DNA of 64,000 bases from Paraphysomonas bandaiensis (lineage: Eukaryota > Protista > Chrysophyceae). Position numbers and translations under genes: made by a program. The DNA lies in contig CBFFRP010000162.1 in assembly GCA_965644295.1 (NCBI GenBank), positions 34,007-98,006 on the forward strand, given 5' to 3'. Shown here piece by piece: positions 38,637-51,935 of this stretch (positions are counted from its first letter, which is position 1; every line of letters starts with the position of its first letter). The notes beneath the pieces are model-generated. The model saw only the letters and a program-made list of their open reading frames with translations. It made no database searches and had not been told where the DNA came from.

Positions 38637-38999
38637 TTACATGGGGCTTCCAGGCTCAAAGTAAGCTGGCTTTCTCCTCTTGCGCTCACTTCTGCGAGAA
38701 GGCGACATCATTGGTTCGGTGGGTTTGGGGGGGGTGGTAGCGGCTTGCTTCTTTGGGGTCGCCTTCTTCCCACTGCCTACAGACTTTCTCTGTCTTGTCG
38801 TAGATGGTGATGCCTTACCCTTTGGGGATGCGATCGACTCTTCTCTCTGGGATGTTTCAGTAAAGTCTTCAGCATCATCAGGTGCGAGCAATACACTCAC
38901 AGCTCCAAGAGTAAACAACACTACGATAACATATATGATAAATGTTTTCACAGTAGTGGGTTCAAACGCAAAGATGCCAAATTTTGTTGGCTCAGACAT
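38637..38999 (-). CDS. Small single-TM protein with a basic Ser/Thr-Pro-rich tail, function unknown
   Basis: ATG 38999 (MSEPTK); hydrophobic FIIYVIVVLFTLGAVSVLL; tail SPSRRSERKRRKP. Confidence 0.7.
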   Translation of the reverse strand: MSEPTKFGIFAFEPTTVKTFIIYVIVVLFTLGAVSVLLAPDDAEDFTETSQREESIASPKGKASPSTTRQRKSVGSGKKATPKKQAATTPPKPTEPMMSPSRRSERKRRKPAYFEPGSPM

Positions 39000-40191
39000 T
39001 GTTATTAATATAAAGGCTTTTGAAAAGCAAAGCAACCGCTATATAAGTGTGTAATTTTAAATAGTGATCTGCTGGTATCGGTTAGTTGACGGCCGGCTGT
39101 ATTATATAGAGATAGACGTATACATATACACATACATATATAGATGCTCACAATCTTAAACGGTCATCTTCAGTTGTGATGGATTAGGACCAATCATATC
39201 AGGGTCATAGTATACAGAGAATACGATGGCGTATATACTTATTGTTTTGAATTGTGTAGTGTATACATTGAATACAATTCCGTATATTATATACATGAAA
39301 TACAGTTATACAGTTACAGGTGCTGGTGTCTATACAGAGGAGAAAGAGATCTGGATGATACTGGAGGATCTGATGTTAGACATTCCTTGTTGCAGGAAAG
39401 AGCATTGAGTAGTCATGCTTTGCATTGATATAAACCCCTCACTCATAGAAACAGTATTCTACAGGAAGTCGAGAAGTTGTTGTCTTGAGGTCTCTGGATG
39501 AATGGTCACAATTGGGACAAGAAAAAAGAGTTAATAGCAGTTCAGAGGTCTTTTGTATTTAACAGAACTCTTAATGTCATTAGGAAGGGGTCTATGCTTA
39601 TTTAGAGAGATAAGTCTTTACTATAGCACAAAAGATAATCCTGTCCTCATTTATCAGAACAGCTATTGTTACAGTATTGCGAATATTCAGTTTTACACTT
39701 ATTAACCATATCATAAAGCTGAAACCGTTTATTCAAATACATCTGAAATCAATTTTGTAATCATCATATTAAACATTAAACCAGTCCAACCTACTCACAT
39801 GTGTTGGAAGTTGAAATTCGTTTGTTAGTATACAATATCCAAAGCATCATATGAATAATGATGAAGATTAATTTGTAATCATTTATATGTCATTGTAGAA
39901 CCGATAGGTAACCTTCATAACCAATCATGTATCGCCATTGCGTGGAAATGAAGAGTTCCAACTAAAAAACAAATGGTAGTAGTAGCTATAAATGGGATAG
40001 TATTAAAATTGTAATAATCATATCTAACTATTAGTTTAATTAGCGACGCAGAAAATAGGAACGTTCGCAGTAACATACAAATTTATTCATTAGGGAGACA
40101 CATCTTTCGCAAATTGTGATGATTTACTCCAACAAAAGACGCCCATGTTGAAGAAATTTTCGAGAAATAAAGTCCAACAAACGTACAGTGT

Positions 40192-40999
40192 TCATTTTGA
40201 TGAAGAGAATGAAGAAAAATAATCTGCTTTAATTTTTCTGAGGAGATGGTAGCCGGATGATGCTCCCAGAGCGACATTCACCAACGCAAGATTGTAGTTC
40301 ACAGGAGTAATAACAAAAGAGTAACGAGTCCAAATTAGACCTGTAGCAGTCAAGGCAGCAGTTTGGGCGAAACTGATGGTGTCAGTTGGTTTGTCCAAAT
40401 TTAACAAGTTTGTTCCAGAGAGCATCCATTTCGACGTGGGTGCCCAAAAAAATATAGTGAATGGTCCTGCAGGGTGGGAGCTTGTGGAGCGAATAAAACT
40501 AGGCATGCTCGGAGCAGATAAAAGAGCTTTCACGCGCGTAGAAGAAACCATAATGGCGGCTAGTGTAGCGCCTGCAACAGCAGCTTTCTGGCCAATGGCC
40601 GTCAGCTCTTCGACAGCATTCGCAGAGTTTGCTAGCTTGTATTCAATAGCTCTTCGTAGCTGATTTATTTGGGCAGCAACATTGAAAGTATGGCATGCAA
40701 ATAAAAGGTAATTTCTCGGCTGTACTTTCCAAGCAAATCTCATGAATAGCGATGAATAGCCAATCATAACACCAGTCATGGGAACATCAATGATCTCTGG
40801 CCCTTTGAAGCTGGCATCATAGACAGCAGCGCCCACTAGACCCCAGTTTGCAACTATTCGATCACAAATGTAAGCATCATACATTAAATATTTAAACTAG
40901 CCTACCTGGACCCCAGAAATGTGTGGTCTTCCACCCATGCTCTGGGTGAGTAAGGTTGGCAATAATGGATCGAATGAAGGAGGTGGACTGAGAAGCCAT
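40192..40999 (-). CDS. Mitochondrial pyruvate carrier, MPC1-MPC2 single-chain fusion (2 exons)
   Basis: Exon 1 ends KTTHFWGP; intron 40905-40854; then VANWGL...FMRFAWKVQPRNYLLFACH (MPC1 type) followed by HPAGPFTIFFWAPTSKW...TGLIWTRYSFVITPVNYNLALVN (MPC2 type). Confidence 0.93.
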
Positions 41000-42637
41000 T
41001 ACTTTAATATAGAATAAGTACTTAATAACGAACAGCAACAGTCTTGAATCCTCCTAGAAATGTATTTAAAACTGCTGCCAGGTGTGTAGATATGGCTGTA
41101 TGTGGGTGGGTGAGTGCCCCAATCCAATCCAACCCATGCAAGCCCATCCAACCATTCATTTGCCTATACGAAGGTATATGGTATACGACGCATTCATATA
41201 TAGCAGGACACATCATCATACACAACTGTATATTTGATGGTGGTTTCGGTGGAAAAATATCTAATTATTGGGTGTGGAAATTACAAAATCTGTCGTTTTC
41301 AGATACAAAAATATAAAAATAGGTTTCAAGAAAAATCAACGTTTTTTCAGACATGAAAATCGAAAGTATGTATGGTATTTCTAGAATTTCAATGATGTGC
41401 TGAAGAATGCAGTCCGTTATCTACAGCAGTAGATCTCATGGAGCTACAGTGCCTATCCATAGCATATACGAAGCTATATATGTATCACTCCTGAGCTACA
41501 TCATAGAATTCATGCTGTTTCAAAGAGATCTCACCTTATTGATCATGTCAACATCACCATCGTATCAGCACTGACAGTCATCACGGACAGAGGATATACT
41601 TATATGTATGCATATATATCAGCAGTGTGTATACATATATATATAATGCATATAATGAAATGCGCGTCGACTTCATGAGACTGAGATTCGTTTTTTGCAT
41701 TGCATTCTGATATATATTGTTCAACTTTCTATATCATTTATATACCCCCAAGAAATTTGTATCCACACCAATACACTGAGTATCAAAGTCGATGAATAGG
41801 TCCCCTGATACCTCCAAAGGATTACTTACTACTAATTGTATCGCCATTTCAAAGATGTCTATCGTACGAGTGATTATTGAGGGGTATTTAATCTATAACT
41901 TAAACATATGCTATCTTGAGGGAGTACGCAGCAAATAGTTCTAGGCTTTGATATTGTTGCTACGTGTTTTGTGTGCCTCTGACCAAGTCAAGAAATGCCA
42001 TACAATCTCGACGTTAAAGTTTATTTATGTTCCTCGATAATCTTGTCTACTAATCATACTGGCGTAGTGATTGAGGAATATCATAGAGAAAAATGCAGTT
42101 GTTTTTAAAAGTAATAAATCCGGAATAGAGTATTTGAAGATGCTAATGGTGCTGGGTGATATACATCGTTCAATCTTTCTTGTTAAGGATCTATCTTGAA
42201 ATCGATGGATACGAAAACTTATCGAACGGTGCACATGCAAGTTTCAATTTTCTATATAATGTTGTCTATATCTATGGTTATTGTCATCTACAACTATACA
42301 CTAAAGTGATTAGCGAATGGTCTTATAGCGCCGTAAAGTACTTATACACTCTTATATTGATTTGCACTTCGCTTGCACAAGGGCATAGAACTAAATTACT
42401 ATAACAACCTAACGAGAGTAAATTACAATACAACACTGATGACTCCTGTAAAATTAGGCGCTTTGATTATAGTGGTTCGAAAATGTAAAATCAACAAATG
42501 CGAAACAACGAATACCGACAACTACCCTTATATCCAGCAAGTAATTAATAAGATTTCAAGAACCTTTCACTGTGTCCACGATTTTCCTTGTATAGTCCAC
42601 AGAGTACGTCAATATTTATACTTCCAATGCTCCACAC

Positions 42638-45600
42638 TCAGTATGCATGAGAAACTGGCAAATCCTCAAGGATAGAAAGTACATCTGCATACCACACACG
42701 GATAAATACAGGTAAAACACGCTGTTAATATTAGTATAGTACCAGATTTTCCACTTATACAGAGTTGAGCACATTTGAGCTTCACCGAAGGAATATCACG
42801 AAGGTAACAGGATATCTGTAGCTCCTAACTCAGGATATACGATATATATCTTATTCAACTTACATAGTCTATTTGAAGCTTAAAAAGATGTTCAATAGTG
42901 CCCATGTGTCCGCATTGATTTCCTGATACCCCTATAGGCATGTTGTCGCTGTAGTTGCTATCAACGTGACATATATCAGAAAAAATTCCTCAACAACAAC
43001 ACTAGAAGTTCTACTCACCGCACCAATCGTACTCCAGAGGCCAAAATTGCCCCTACTCCATCTATATCCAAAGCACGGTACGGATCTGGTGCAACACTTT
43101 ACTATATATATAAAGCAGAAATTGAAACACATACCAGTTTGCACAACATTCAAGTCACTCAAAGCCCGTAGCATATCAGAGGTGTTTGTCCTGTGTATTT
43201 CAGTCAAAGCATTGTGAAACCACTACATATAGGCACCTTGACAAGCCAAGAACAAGTTCCGTGAGACGTTCGCATTCAAACAAAATGAAAGACACCCCTT
43301 TCTACGAGATACTTGTCAAGTAAACTCGGTGCAACATTACACCAACACGTACCGTGCGCGCAATCTTGTCAGCCCGTAGACAAGCACGAGGAGTCTATAA
43401 CTTCCGTTACATTGGGAAGTAGCTGATAGCAATATATCACACCTCTATCATAGCGCCAATTTTAAAACTGACACGCTGACTTGCACTCCTAAAGAGCTGA
43501 CAGCATATTACAATATAGTACTTTACCACACCTACTACTGACCTCCATTGCGGTGCTCATGATGACTCCGCATACCTCCTGTAGCTATTAAGTATGATCA
43601 AATACCCACTAGTGTAACTCAATACACTAAAATTTACCTCCGCTTCACCTACAACTACAGGTACGATCAGTTGCATAGCTACATGTCGACCTTCCCTTGC
43701 TGCGTTCATTCCCGCAGCTGCAAAGCGGACACACATTTAGGAAGCTCAAGGCAGTCTAGTATCACACATACAAAGTATGGCGCGAGTCTGCATGGTAACA
43801 AACTCTGGTGGTGGAAAAATCGTTGGTGCTCCCTTATGCCCTCCACTTCCTTTCATGTACGTGAGGAAAATAATAATAAAATCTACTATGTTTACCGTCA
43901 TCGTGGTGAACGGAACAAAATTTCATACCATCAAATAATCTGGTGTAGCACACCATTCAAAAACGAGTGCAGCTATGATGTGAACATACCTCACACTGGT
44001 GTCCAAAAATGAAACAGTAGAAATAGAAGGACATAATGAGTAGCATGCGCCACAGTAATAAGCGAGTACGCACCCTACTGACACTGTGCGCCCTTGAACA
44101 GCATCAACTACAGCCTCTATATCTCGGCCATGGCGACTTTCAAGTTGAAGTAGAATGTTGCTCTTCTCTCTGCGTATAGTAATTAGTAAAGACTACAACT
44201 ATCATACATAGTAATCGTACTCAGGACTAGCGTCAAAATACTTTTGCATTAGATCCTCACATTCACCATTGAGCAGCATCATCTCAGTCCTGTTACGAAG
44301 TAACTCCATTCTTTGGATAGTACAGTTATATTTCCCATACCTACATATTCCTACTCCGTCCGGCCGTAGCTGCATTGCCTGTGTGCATCAACACCATAAC
44401 ATTAGCATGTAGGGAATATAATATCCATATATAATATTACATACTCGTTCAGCATCCTTAATACTTTCTACAGTGGCATATACGGAAGTCCTGTCGCATG
44501 CCAACTTATCACAACAAGAGAAAGGTTACCTGGAAAATGCATACCTGCGGTGTTTGTCCGACCACCTCATGAGTGTCTTGAAGTCGGCGGTAGTCCCTGA
44601 TATATATCATTTAGATATACGTACAACCGTCTTCCTAATAGATCGCACCAGCAGGGGCACATGGAGCTCGGCCCTTAATGACTCTTCCGGTCCTCCCGTC
44701 AAGAGTGATTTCTTGTCCTTTCACTATACATACTTCTCCAGCGCTGTCCAGTACGCATTCAGCCTCTTCGTCCAAAGTCATACCACACTCAGCAGCCCCT
44801 GTTATCACCGTTTTGTCCATAGATCGTGCTATCTCAGCGCCTGCACTAGTTATCCCTATTGTCCACTTTACATGATAACCCTCTTCATGAAACACATACC
44901 ACCATGCATGGTCAGTACGCCGACTGATACTGCGATTCCAGCCACGTCCTCAGCAGATGATTCACGGCGGACCTAGTGGTCATGTTAACCCTAAGGTAAA
45001 ATAAGTAAGAACTATTCAGCTTTATATTACCAGTATCGGGTCCTTTCCACTCTTTCTGAATCCGGCGGCATCTTCTTCGCTAAAAACAGCAAATCCAGTA
45101 ACTGCCCCTATAGCAGTACAACGGTTATTGGAACCACGCTGCACAATATAAGTTACTACATACCTGCGGTAGATTGAACTCCAACTCCCAGAATGTCGTC
45201 CGTCATTTCAGCTAGTTTGAAGTGGTAATGTCATACATATTAAAATCTATATGGTCGACTTAACCTGCTCCCTCCTCGATTGTGGGATTCAAGAAGAAAG
45301 ACATCTAAAAACCAGTACGGGTGACAAAATATTTAGTGTCTTCAATTAGGTTACCTGACTGGCATCGACTCTCATAATCGCCTCTCTCTCCTACTCCCAA
45401 TAAAACATATCAAAATATACTACAGGAATAATATAAGAGACAAAATGTAGACGTACAGTAATCTGTTGGTGACGAGCCATATCCACTACAACTGCAACAG
45501 CCGCCTACTCCACGATTAGAGAAAAACCTACTGTCTGCAATTTTACACCTCTGGGCAAAGTCGGGCAGAGGAGCTATCAAGAATAAACAGCTCACCATCT

Positions 45601-46924
45601 TCAACTGCAAATTTCACCTCCTAATATATAAATTAATTTCCACCTTGTACAATTTCGTGTCATAGCTTCATACCTGGGGTCTTCCGAAGAGTTCCTCCAG
45701 ATTTACTGCAATTGAAGTTAGTTTGCCATACACTCCAGGAAGACTCCGTTCCATCTCCCGGCCGCCTAACTCAATCTTTCCCGGATCTCCATCAATACCA
45801 TCAGCAACATCACATCCTTCTGCCATACATACGAACTCCCCTGCATGGTCCAGTAGGTTGTCAATAAATTATATCACACAGAAATTCGAATGTCTACCGT
45901 AAATGTGTCGACTGCCTGTGTTAGGGTCCCTTGTGTAAATTTTACCCGTGCACGAGCTTTTACTTTTAGTGCCATGCACCATGCGTTGAACCACCACTGC
46001 GGTTCCAAGCCCTTCTGCAATATGGTGAATCCGGCGGAATTTGACAGCCCTATTTTGTGTCTTCAACCTTTACTGTGAAATATAATTAGTTGTCTGTACC
46101 TAGGTGCATACCAGGAGCAGAATATGGCCTCTAACGCCTCTCTGAGTTGTTCCATTGGATCTTCAGGTGCCATTCCCAGACTCGCAAACCTATCCACCAC
46201 TCGCGAAAGAGCTTCCTCTGTTAGATCACATTCCTTTGATGCACCATCGTGGGCCTTGGCTTCTTCAAGAATATTGACATACATTTCCTTGGGAATTTTG
46301 AGAACAACTGTGCCGTATTGCTGTAAGAAACGTCGATGAAGATCCAGTGCAAATCTTTTATCTCCAGTAATCGTAGCAATGCGGCGACAAGCCTCCGTGG
46401 TCATGCCCAGGTTAAGAACAGAGTCCATCATGCTACATTCCTTAAGATCAATTGGAGTACATATAGAAAAATAACTACCCAGGCATATCCACAGCTGACC
46501 CAGCTCTAATGGCCAGTAATAAGGGAAGAGTATCTGGTGGGGAAGAAGGAGTAATGCAAAAAGTTCTTCCTGCTTTCTTCTCAATAGTAGCGATATGAGA
46601 CCGACAGCTGTCTATAAGATGAGCAGGCATGAACTGATTTCCTCGAAAGAAATCAATACATGTCTCAGTTGTTACAACAAAACCAGCTGGCACTCTTATC
46701 CCTCCTCTAGTGGATACATCATCATCAGATCAATCAAATGACATGACAACCTTGTCAACATACAGAGTGTAGCCCCTGCATGGAATCGTGTTCATAGTTG
46801 GTAACGTTATGAGATAGACCATACCTTTAAGCCCTAGAGACATCTGATCATTCTGAGAGCCTTCCTGGAAGTCATAGCATCTCTTCTTCATCCCATCCGA
46901 TGCCCAACGACGAAAAGATTCCAT
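42638..46924 (-). CDS. Pyruvate phosphate dikinase-like protein with catalytic residues replaced (pseudoenzyme), many short introns
   Basis: PPDK motifs in order: LGLKG, PAGFVVTT, AIRAGSAVDMPG/MMDSVLNLG, AVVVQRMVHG, TRDPNTG, ITLDGRTG, GVGICRTE, GAMIE/TPRA, DPYRALDIDGVG, ISCYLRDIP. The 3' end (42638) is inferred. Confidence 0.88.
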
Positions 46925-47554
46925 CTTTCACTTGTATTGTACAGGAAATATGAAATCTACTGTATATGAGAATATATATGAGCGTGTTCATGTTTTATAT
47001 CTCTAGTGCTGAGATTCACTAATATAGATAGAAGGAAATTCAAGTACTCGAAGTCGAAGTGAATGTTGAGATCTTTCTACTTCGAAGTGAGTTTAAGTTA
47101 AGAAGAAGAAAGTTACAAACTGAAATAGTACAGAGTATACTGGTGTATGGTCCTTCTCATTATATGGGCGGTATATTGCAGTACATACCTCAACAGGAAC
47201 AACAAGCAACTTGAAGTACTGCCTTCCAGATCTGCAGATGTACTGTCTGTATTCTATATAGGTAGTATAGGTAGGTAAAGTATAGCTGTACCTAAATCTT
47301 GTTGCACTTCATATCATACACACAGCTGTACATACTGCTGTAAGTACTGATATAGCAGGCAGTGATTTCATAGTAAGAACTCATTTCTTATTCCCACCAT
47401 AATATAAAGAAAACATTCCTTAAACACTATTATTCAATTGTGTGACTGTGTTTGTTATTAAGATACATGCACAGAAGTCAAGAAGAAAGTCTCTAGTGCT
47501 ATTGAGGCGTATGTATATGTATCTGATTATTAAGATAAGTATACAACCAATAGA

Positions 47555-49334
47555 ATGAACTCACACGCTGGAGACTGTTTCTATGTCGCTGAGATTTCAG
47601 CTAAACCTGCTGGAAATATGTTTTTAGACGAGCATGATAGTGCAGGAAGCTTCCCAGATATACCGATATCATATGACAGCCTGCGAGAACAAGTGTACGG
47701 GGGGTTAATGCCTGATGCTCGTCAGTATTGGTGGCCATTGTTGCCAAGAATTGTTTCCGGTGAGCATATCAGGAAGTATCCTAACATCAAGGCGATGTCC
47801 ACAGTAAGATATAAATCAGCACTTGGTGGAAGAGTTTCTGTAGATACGAATGATACAGGGGCGGAGCAAACAAACAGGTTGAATGAGGTTGTTTGTCTCT
47901 TATCGGATTTATACGATATTCAAGATCAAGAATCAGTGAGACAGCTAGTGGGGGTGCTCATTGACATTATTCCAAGTTCCGATATATGTTTTCATACCTG
48001 TTGTGATATTCTGGATCAGCCTCACTCTATTGTAGCTCGAAATGCGCATGATCATCGAGTGAAGTTGCACGTCTTTCGGGAGCTAATTGAAGAACACCTT
48101 CCCCAAGCTGATGTTGTACTTTTAACGCATCTAGGTGTCCTCGAAGATCGATTTCTGAACTTAATATTTGTTGATTTTTTCACTTCAATTATTTCTAATA
48201 CCCACGTGTTGAGAATATTTGATATGCTGTTACTAGAAGGTGTTGTTGTCCTGCATAGATTTGGACTTGGCATCATTTTTATGCATATTTCTCTCCTTTA
48301 CAAAGTCAAGTAAGTTTATTTCAACTGACTGTGCTGACGATTCATATTCTGTTTTGCTTTGCAGATCAGGCCAAGAATTTTGGGAAGAAGTTTGCCGTCA
48401 CAGTTGGGACTTTGATTTTGACGACTTATTTAAGGCTTCGCTTAACATTGGCAAGTATGTATATAACGCGTATATATATGGTAGACATATATATGCTTAT
48501 CAGTGCTGTTCTTCGCAGGTCCCCATTCTCTTTATTCTTTAGAAAAGGATTTGCAGTCCAGACTGCCGAGCTTCATGAATATGAAGTGCAAGTACAGGAA
48601 GATGTTGCGGAGGAAATGAAAAAAACAGTGGATGCCCCACGGCGAAGGACTAGTAGCGCGGAGAGTACAATACAGTTTGGCATTGCGTCTAATTCCAGGT
48701 TGGTGGATGTGATGGCAGCGCATGCATTGCACACCTCTATTCCGGACAGCTTCAAAATGGACTCCTTTCGTCTGGTGTTTTCGACTTACAATAATGGATG
48801 GAGCCTGGATACGTTGTATGCCCTAACACAGCATATGTACCCCTGTATATTACTCCTGCGTTCACTGGAAAAGAAGGTCGTGCTGGGGGCATTTCTTCCT
48901 TGCGCCCTCTCCCCTCCTTCCAAAAAATTGCGTGGCAATGGACTGACATGCTGCTTCCGTCTGCGTGGAATAGACATCGATTGCTACCGTTGGAGACACA
49001 CTAGGTCTGCATTGAATAATTCTGACGACCCTGAAACGTCAGAGTCCGACTCTACTCACCAACAATTTGCTATCTGTACTGCGGAATATATTATATTTGG
49101 TGGAAGTGCGAAACACGGAACGAATGCTATCCGAATTGACTCGGACCTCAGAACGTGTTACTGTGGACCATCCGACACGTACAATAATCCTCCACTAGCC
49201 CCTGAAGAGCAGATTCAGCCGTTTGCAATCGGTACGTGCTTGTTATTTTCTGAAAATATATTGTGATCATACACATAGATGAATTGGAGGTTTTTTGTGG
49301 GCCTTGCACGGAGCGTGGTAACCACTCTCCATGA
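47555..49334 (+). CDS. TBC(-like) + TLDc domain protein (TBC1D24/Skywalker-like architecture)
   Basis: TBC-like GLMPDARQYWW and VLRIFDMLLLEGVVVLHRFGLGI. TLDc LVFSTYNNGWSLDTLY, VLGAF, IIFGG, AIRIDSDL, SDTYNNPPL, DELEVF. About 4 exons. Confidence 0.85.
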
Positions 49335-49889
49335 TAGGTTGAGTTTATTGGCGACACCTCTTGTCTGTTATTTACGAAACATATTATGAAGATTTATTTT
49401 TTCATGTATGTTATGCTATATGGTAGTACCGTGATTATTTGTCACTTCGAAATGGTGCCTCGAGGACTTGTACATACTACGTAATGTATAGTTCGTTTAT
49501 ACTTAGAAATAATTTGGAACTTAATATACCCAAGCGCTTTCGTATAAGAGTACGGTATGTGTGGGTTTGGGTGATGATTATAATGCCACGATACTGATAC
49601 GCTGCAGTTCTAATATAATGTAATACTATTCTCAACATAAATTAGATGAGTTAAATTCCAACGATCGTCGCAATATATAGCATAAGGTGATTGTAGATAT
49701 TCAACTGCTTCGAAATATTCAAGTATAGTAGTATGTGCGTGTGTAAGAACACTCATACAAAAGAGCAGTAGTGTGTGTACAACAATGATGGACTGGAATC
49801 ATTGTAAAGCAATGCTTATCATTAGTTTTCAACAGGATGACATCATCATAAGAATTAATTCCACAAGTATTTTTAAACTGAATGTGGCC

Positions 49890-50310
49890 TCTAAATGGAA
49901 ATACAGAGAGTGTCCAGTCGGGAAGGGTCTATTGAATATTGAAGCAAAAGCAGGCTTGCGTAACCATTAATGGCCATTAATGGCGACGCATTGCTTCCCC
50001 CATTTTTATGGCCATTAATTTTAAAAATCCCACCATTTTTATGGCCATTAATGGCCATTACCATTAATGGTTACGCAAGCCTGAGCAAAAGAATGAATCA
50101 GGGCGGACGCAATTCGCAAACCACGCCAAACGCGGGTTGGAGTGATAAGCATATGTCAGGTATATCAATACTCTGCTCTTGGTCACTGCGTTTGCTCTTA
50201 GTGATAGAGCAATAGTTGTTACACCTTGGTTCTTGCGGTGGCGCACAAGCAGATTTCGTAGCGTTAAACAGTAGGATATCAGAGGTAAGCACTAGTTAGT
50301 TAAATTGCAA
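49890..50310 (-). mobile_element. Second fragment of the retroelement-like family at 13.8-14.6 kb, interrupted by the MITE
   Basis: DILLFNATKSACAPPQEPRCN vs DILLFSATKAACASPHTPRCN; beyond the MITE, TLPDWTLSV vs ELPQWTTTV. Confidence 0.6.
49951..50083. mobile_element. 133-bp non-autonomous hAT-type MITE
   Basis: Perfect 23-bp TIRs CAGGCTTGCGTAACCATTAATGG; 8-bp TSD AGCAAAAG at 49943-49950 and 50084-50091; internal GGCCATTAAT repeats. Confidence 0.93.
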
Positions 50311-50699
50311 TGATGGTAAATTAGTCCTGACTCCTAAACGCCTACTGCTAATAATAAGTAATTCACTACGATTGACGAAGAAGAGGTCGCTAATATCGTT
50401 AAGGAAATTTTACCGGATGGAGTTGTGCGGGAGAGCACTATATTTCCTGATGCGTGTTGGTTGAACAAAAGGAGATTATCTGTTTGTTTGATGAGTTACA
50501 GTTAATGGGATTGGACTTCACTTGTTGTTTTGAGTTTATTTTTGGTGACAACACTCCTTGTAAACTGAAAATGTCCAGATTAATTAGACAGTTACGTGAG
50601 CACACTGCCTGTACCTTTAATTGAATGTGCTTTATAGGAAAGTCTGATTATTACATGAGAACGGTTGTGTACAGAAACTAGTTTATATCTATAGACTAA

Positions 50700-51365
50700 C
50701 TACAGTAATAACTAGATTTGCTATATACTACTAGTGGCGGGCAACCGTCTCGGGACTGCTTGTGCATCGCTGCGAGCACCATGGTGCAACCGTCCATTGT
50801 ATTGAGGTTAGTCGGGGGGTCTACCTTTGGGCAATGTGTCTGGCGGGCCTGTGCCATGGATTATGTGAGGGTGGATGAGGCGAGATGTATATGAGAATGT
50901 GCTTTATAATGAAGTGAATTACAACAATGTAGGGGTATCTTGTCCAACTATGAGCCAAACTATGGCAATTGAAAAGTGCAAGCATGCTGTGCAAGAATAC
51001 CACCTGCTAAAGAGCATCAAATGATAGAAGCAAAAGGTATATATGAAATTATCCACTCTCATCTGCGTGTGTGATTTTGATGTTGATGTGTTGCGAGTAT
51101 TGCCAAGAGAAGTGGATCATATCAGGATAGAGGAGTGCTTTTGTCTCATTTTTAGAGAAATTTAACATCGTCTGTACTCTGTTCCAATCAGATGGAGAAT
51201 AACAGCTTGATCTGGATAAATTCCAGGCACAATTTGACGATTATATTCGTCAGTCTCTTGGGATGAAATTCCACCTGGGTGAAGTCGTGCATTTATATCG
51301 AGAAAGAAATCTGAGCCGCGCTGAAAAAGCACAGATGCGACGCTTTTTGATAATGATGCGACCAA
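50700..51365 (-). mobile_element. Third fragment (3' end) of the same family
   Basis: ~50755-50800 matches ~13853-13895 (CTGCTTGTGCRTCGCYGCRAGCACCAWGGTGCAACC). Upstream extent uncertain. Confidence 0.5.
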
Positions 51366-51935
51366 GGTGAAGTCAATGAGACAGAGAATATTGGGGAAGA
51401 GGAGAAGCTATTCGTTTACTGAGACAATCCAAAGTGCAAGTATACACGCATCAAACTGTCAATACGTTGCATGAAGATTTGTGTAGCACTGCTAAACTTT
51501 GTCAGAGGTCGTTGAGCAGAGCTGATTTTCGTAAATGAATAATACCTAAACAGCTTAAAATGTTAAGGCTTCTGCGTGCAAATAGGCATCGTGTTCAAAA
51601 TCCTTTTCAAAAAGCCAGCAATAGTATATAAGGCAATTTTTGAAAATTGTTAGCAATGCCAGTAACAACTGGACATTTGATTAATAATTGCAATTATTAT
51701 AGTTGCATAGCTTTCACCAATTCATTGCAAATTAATCGTTACGCAAGTCTGGCGTTCATGTAAATATGTATTTGTTTAAGAGACAAAGCGAATTAAACAT
51801 TTTTTACCAATAATTTCAGACTAACCAATACAACCGTTCCACATTGTTAAGACTCTCGAGTATACACGTTCCGCATTCCCAAACAATAAAACTTCAGGTT
51901 TACTGTCTGCTACCAGAAGGAAGTATTGATTACTC

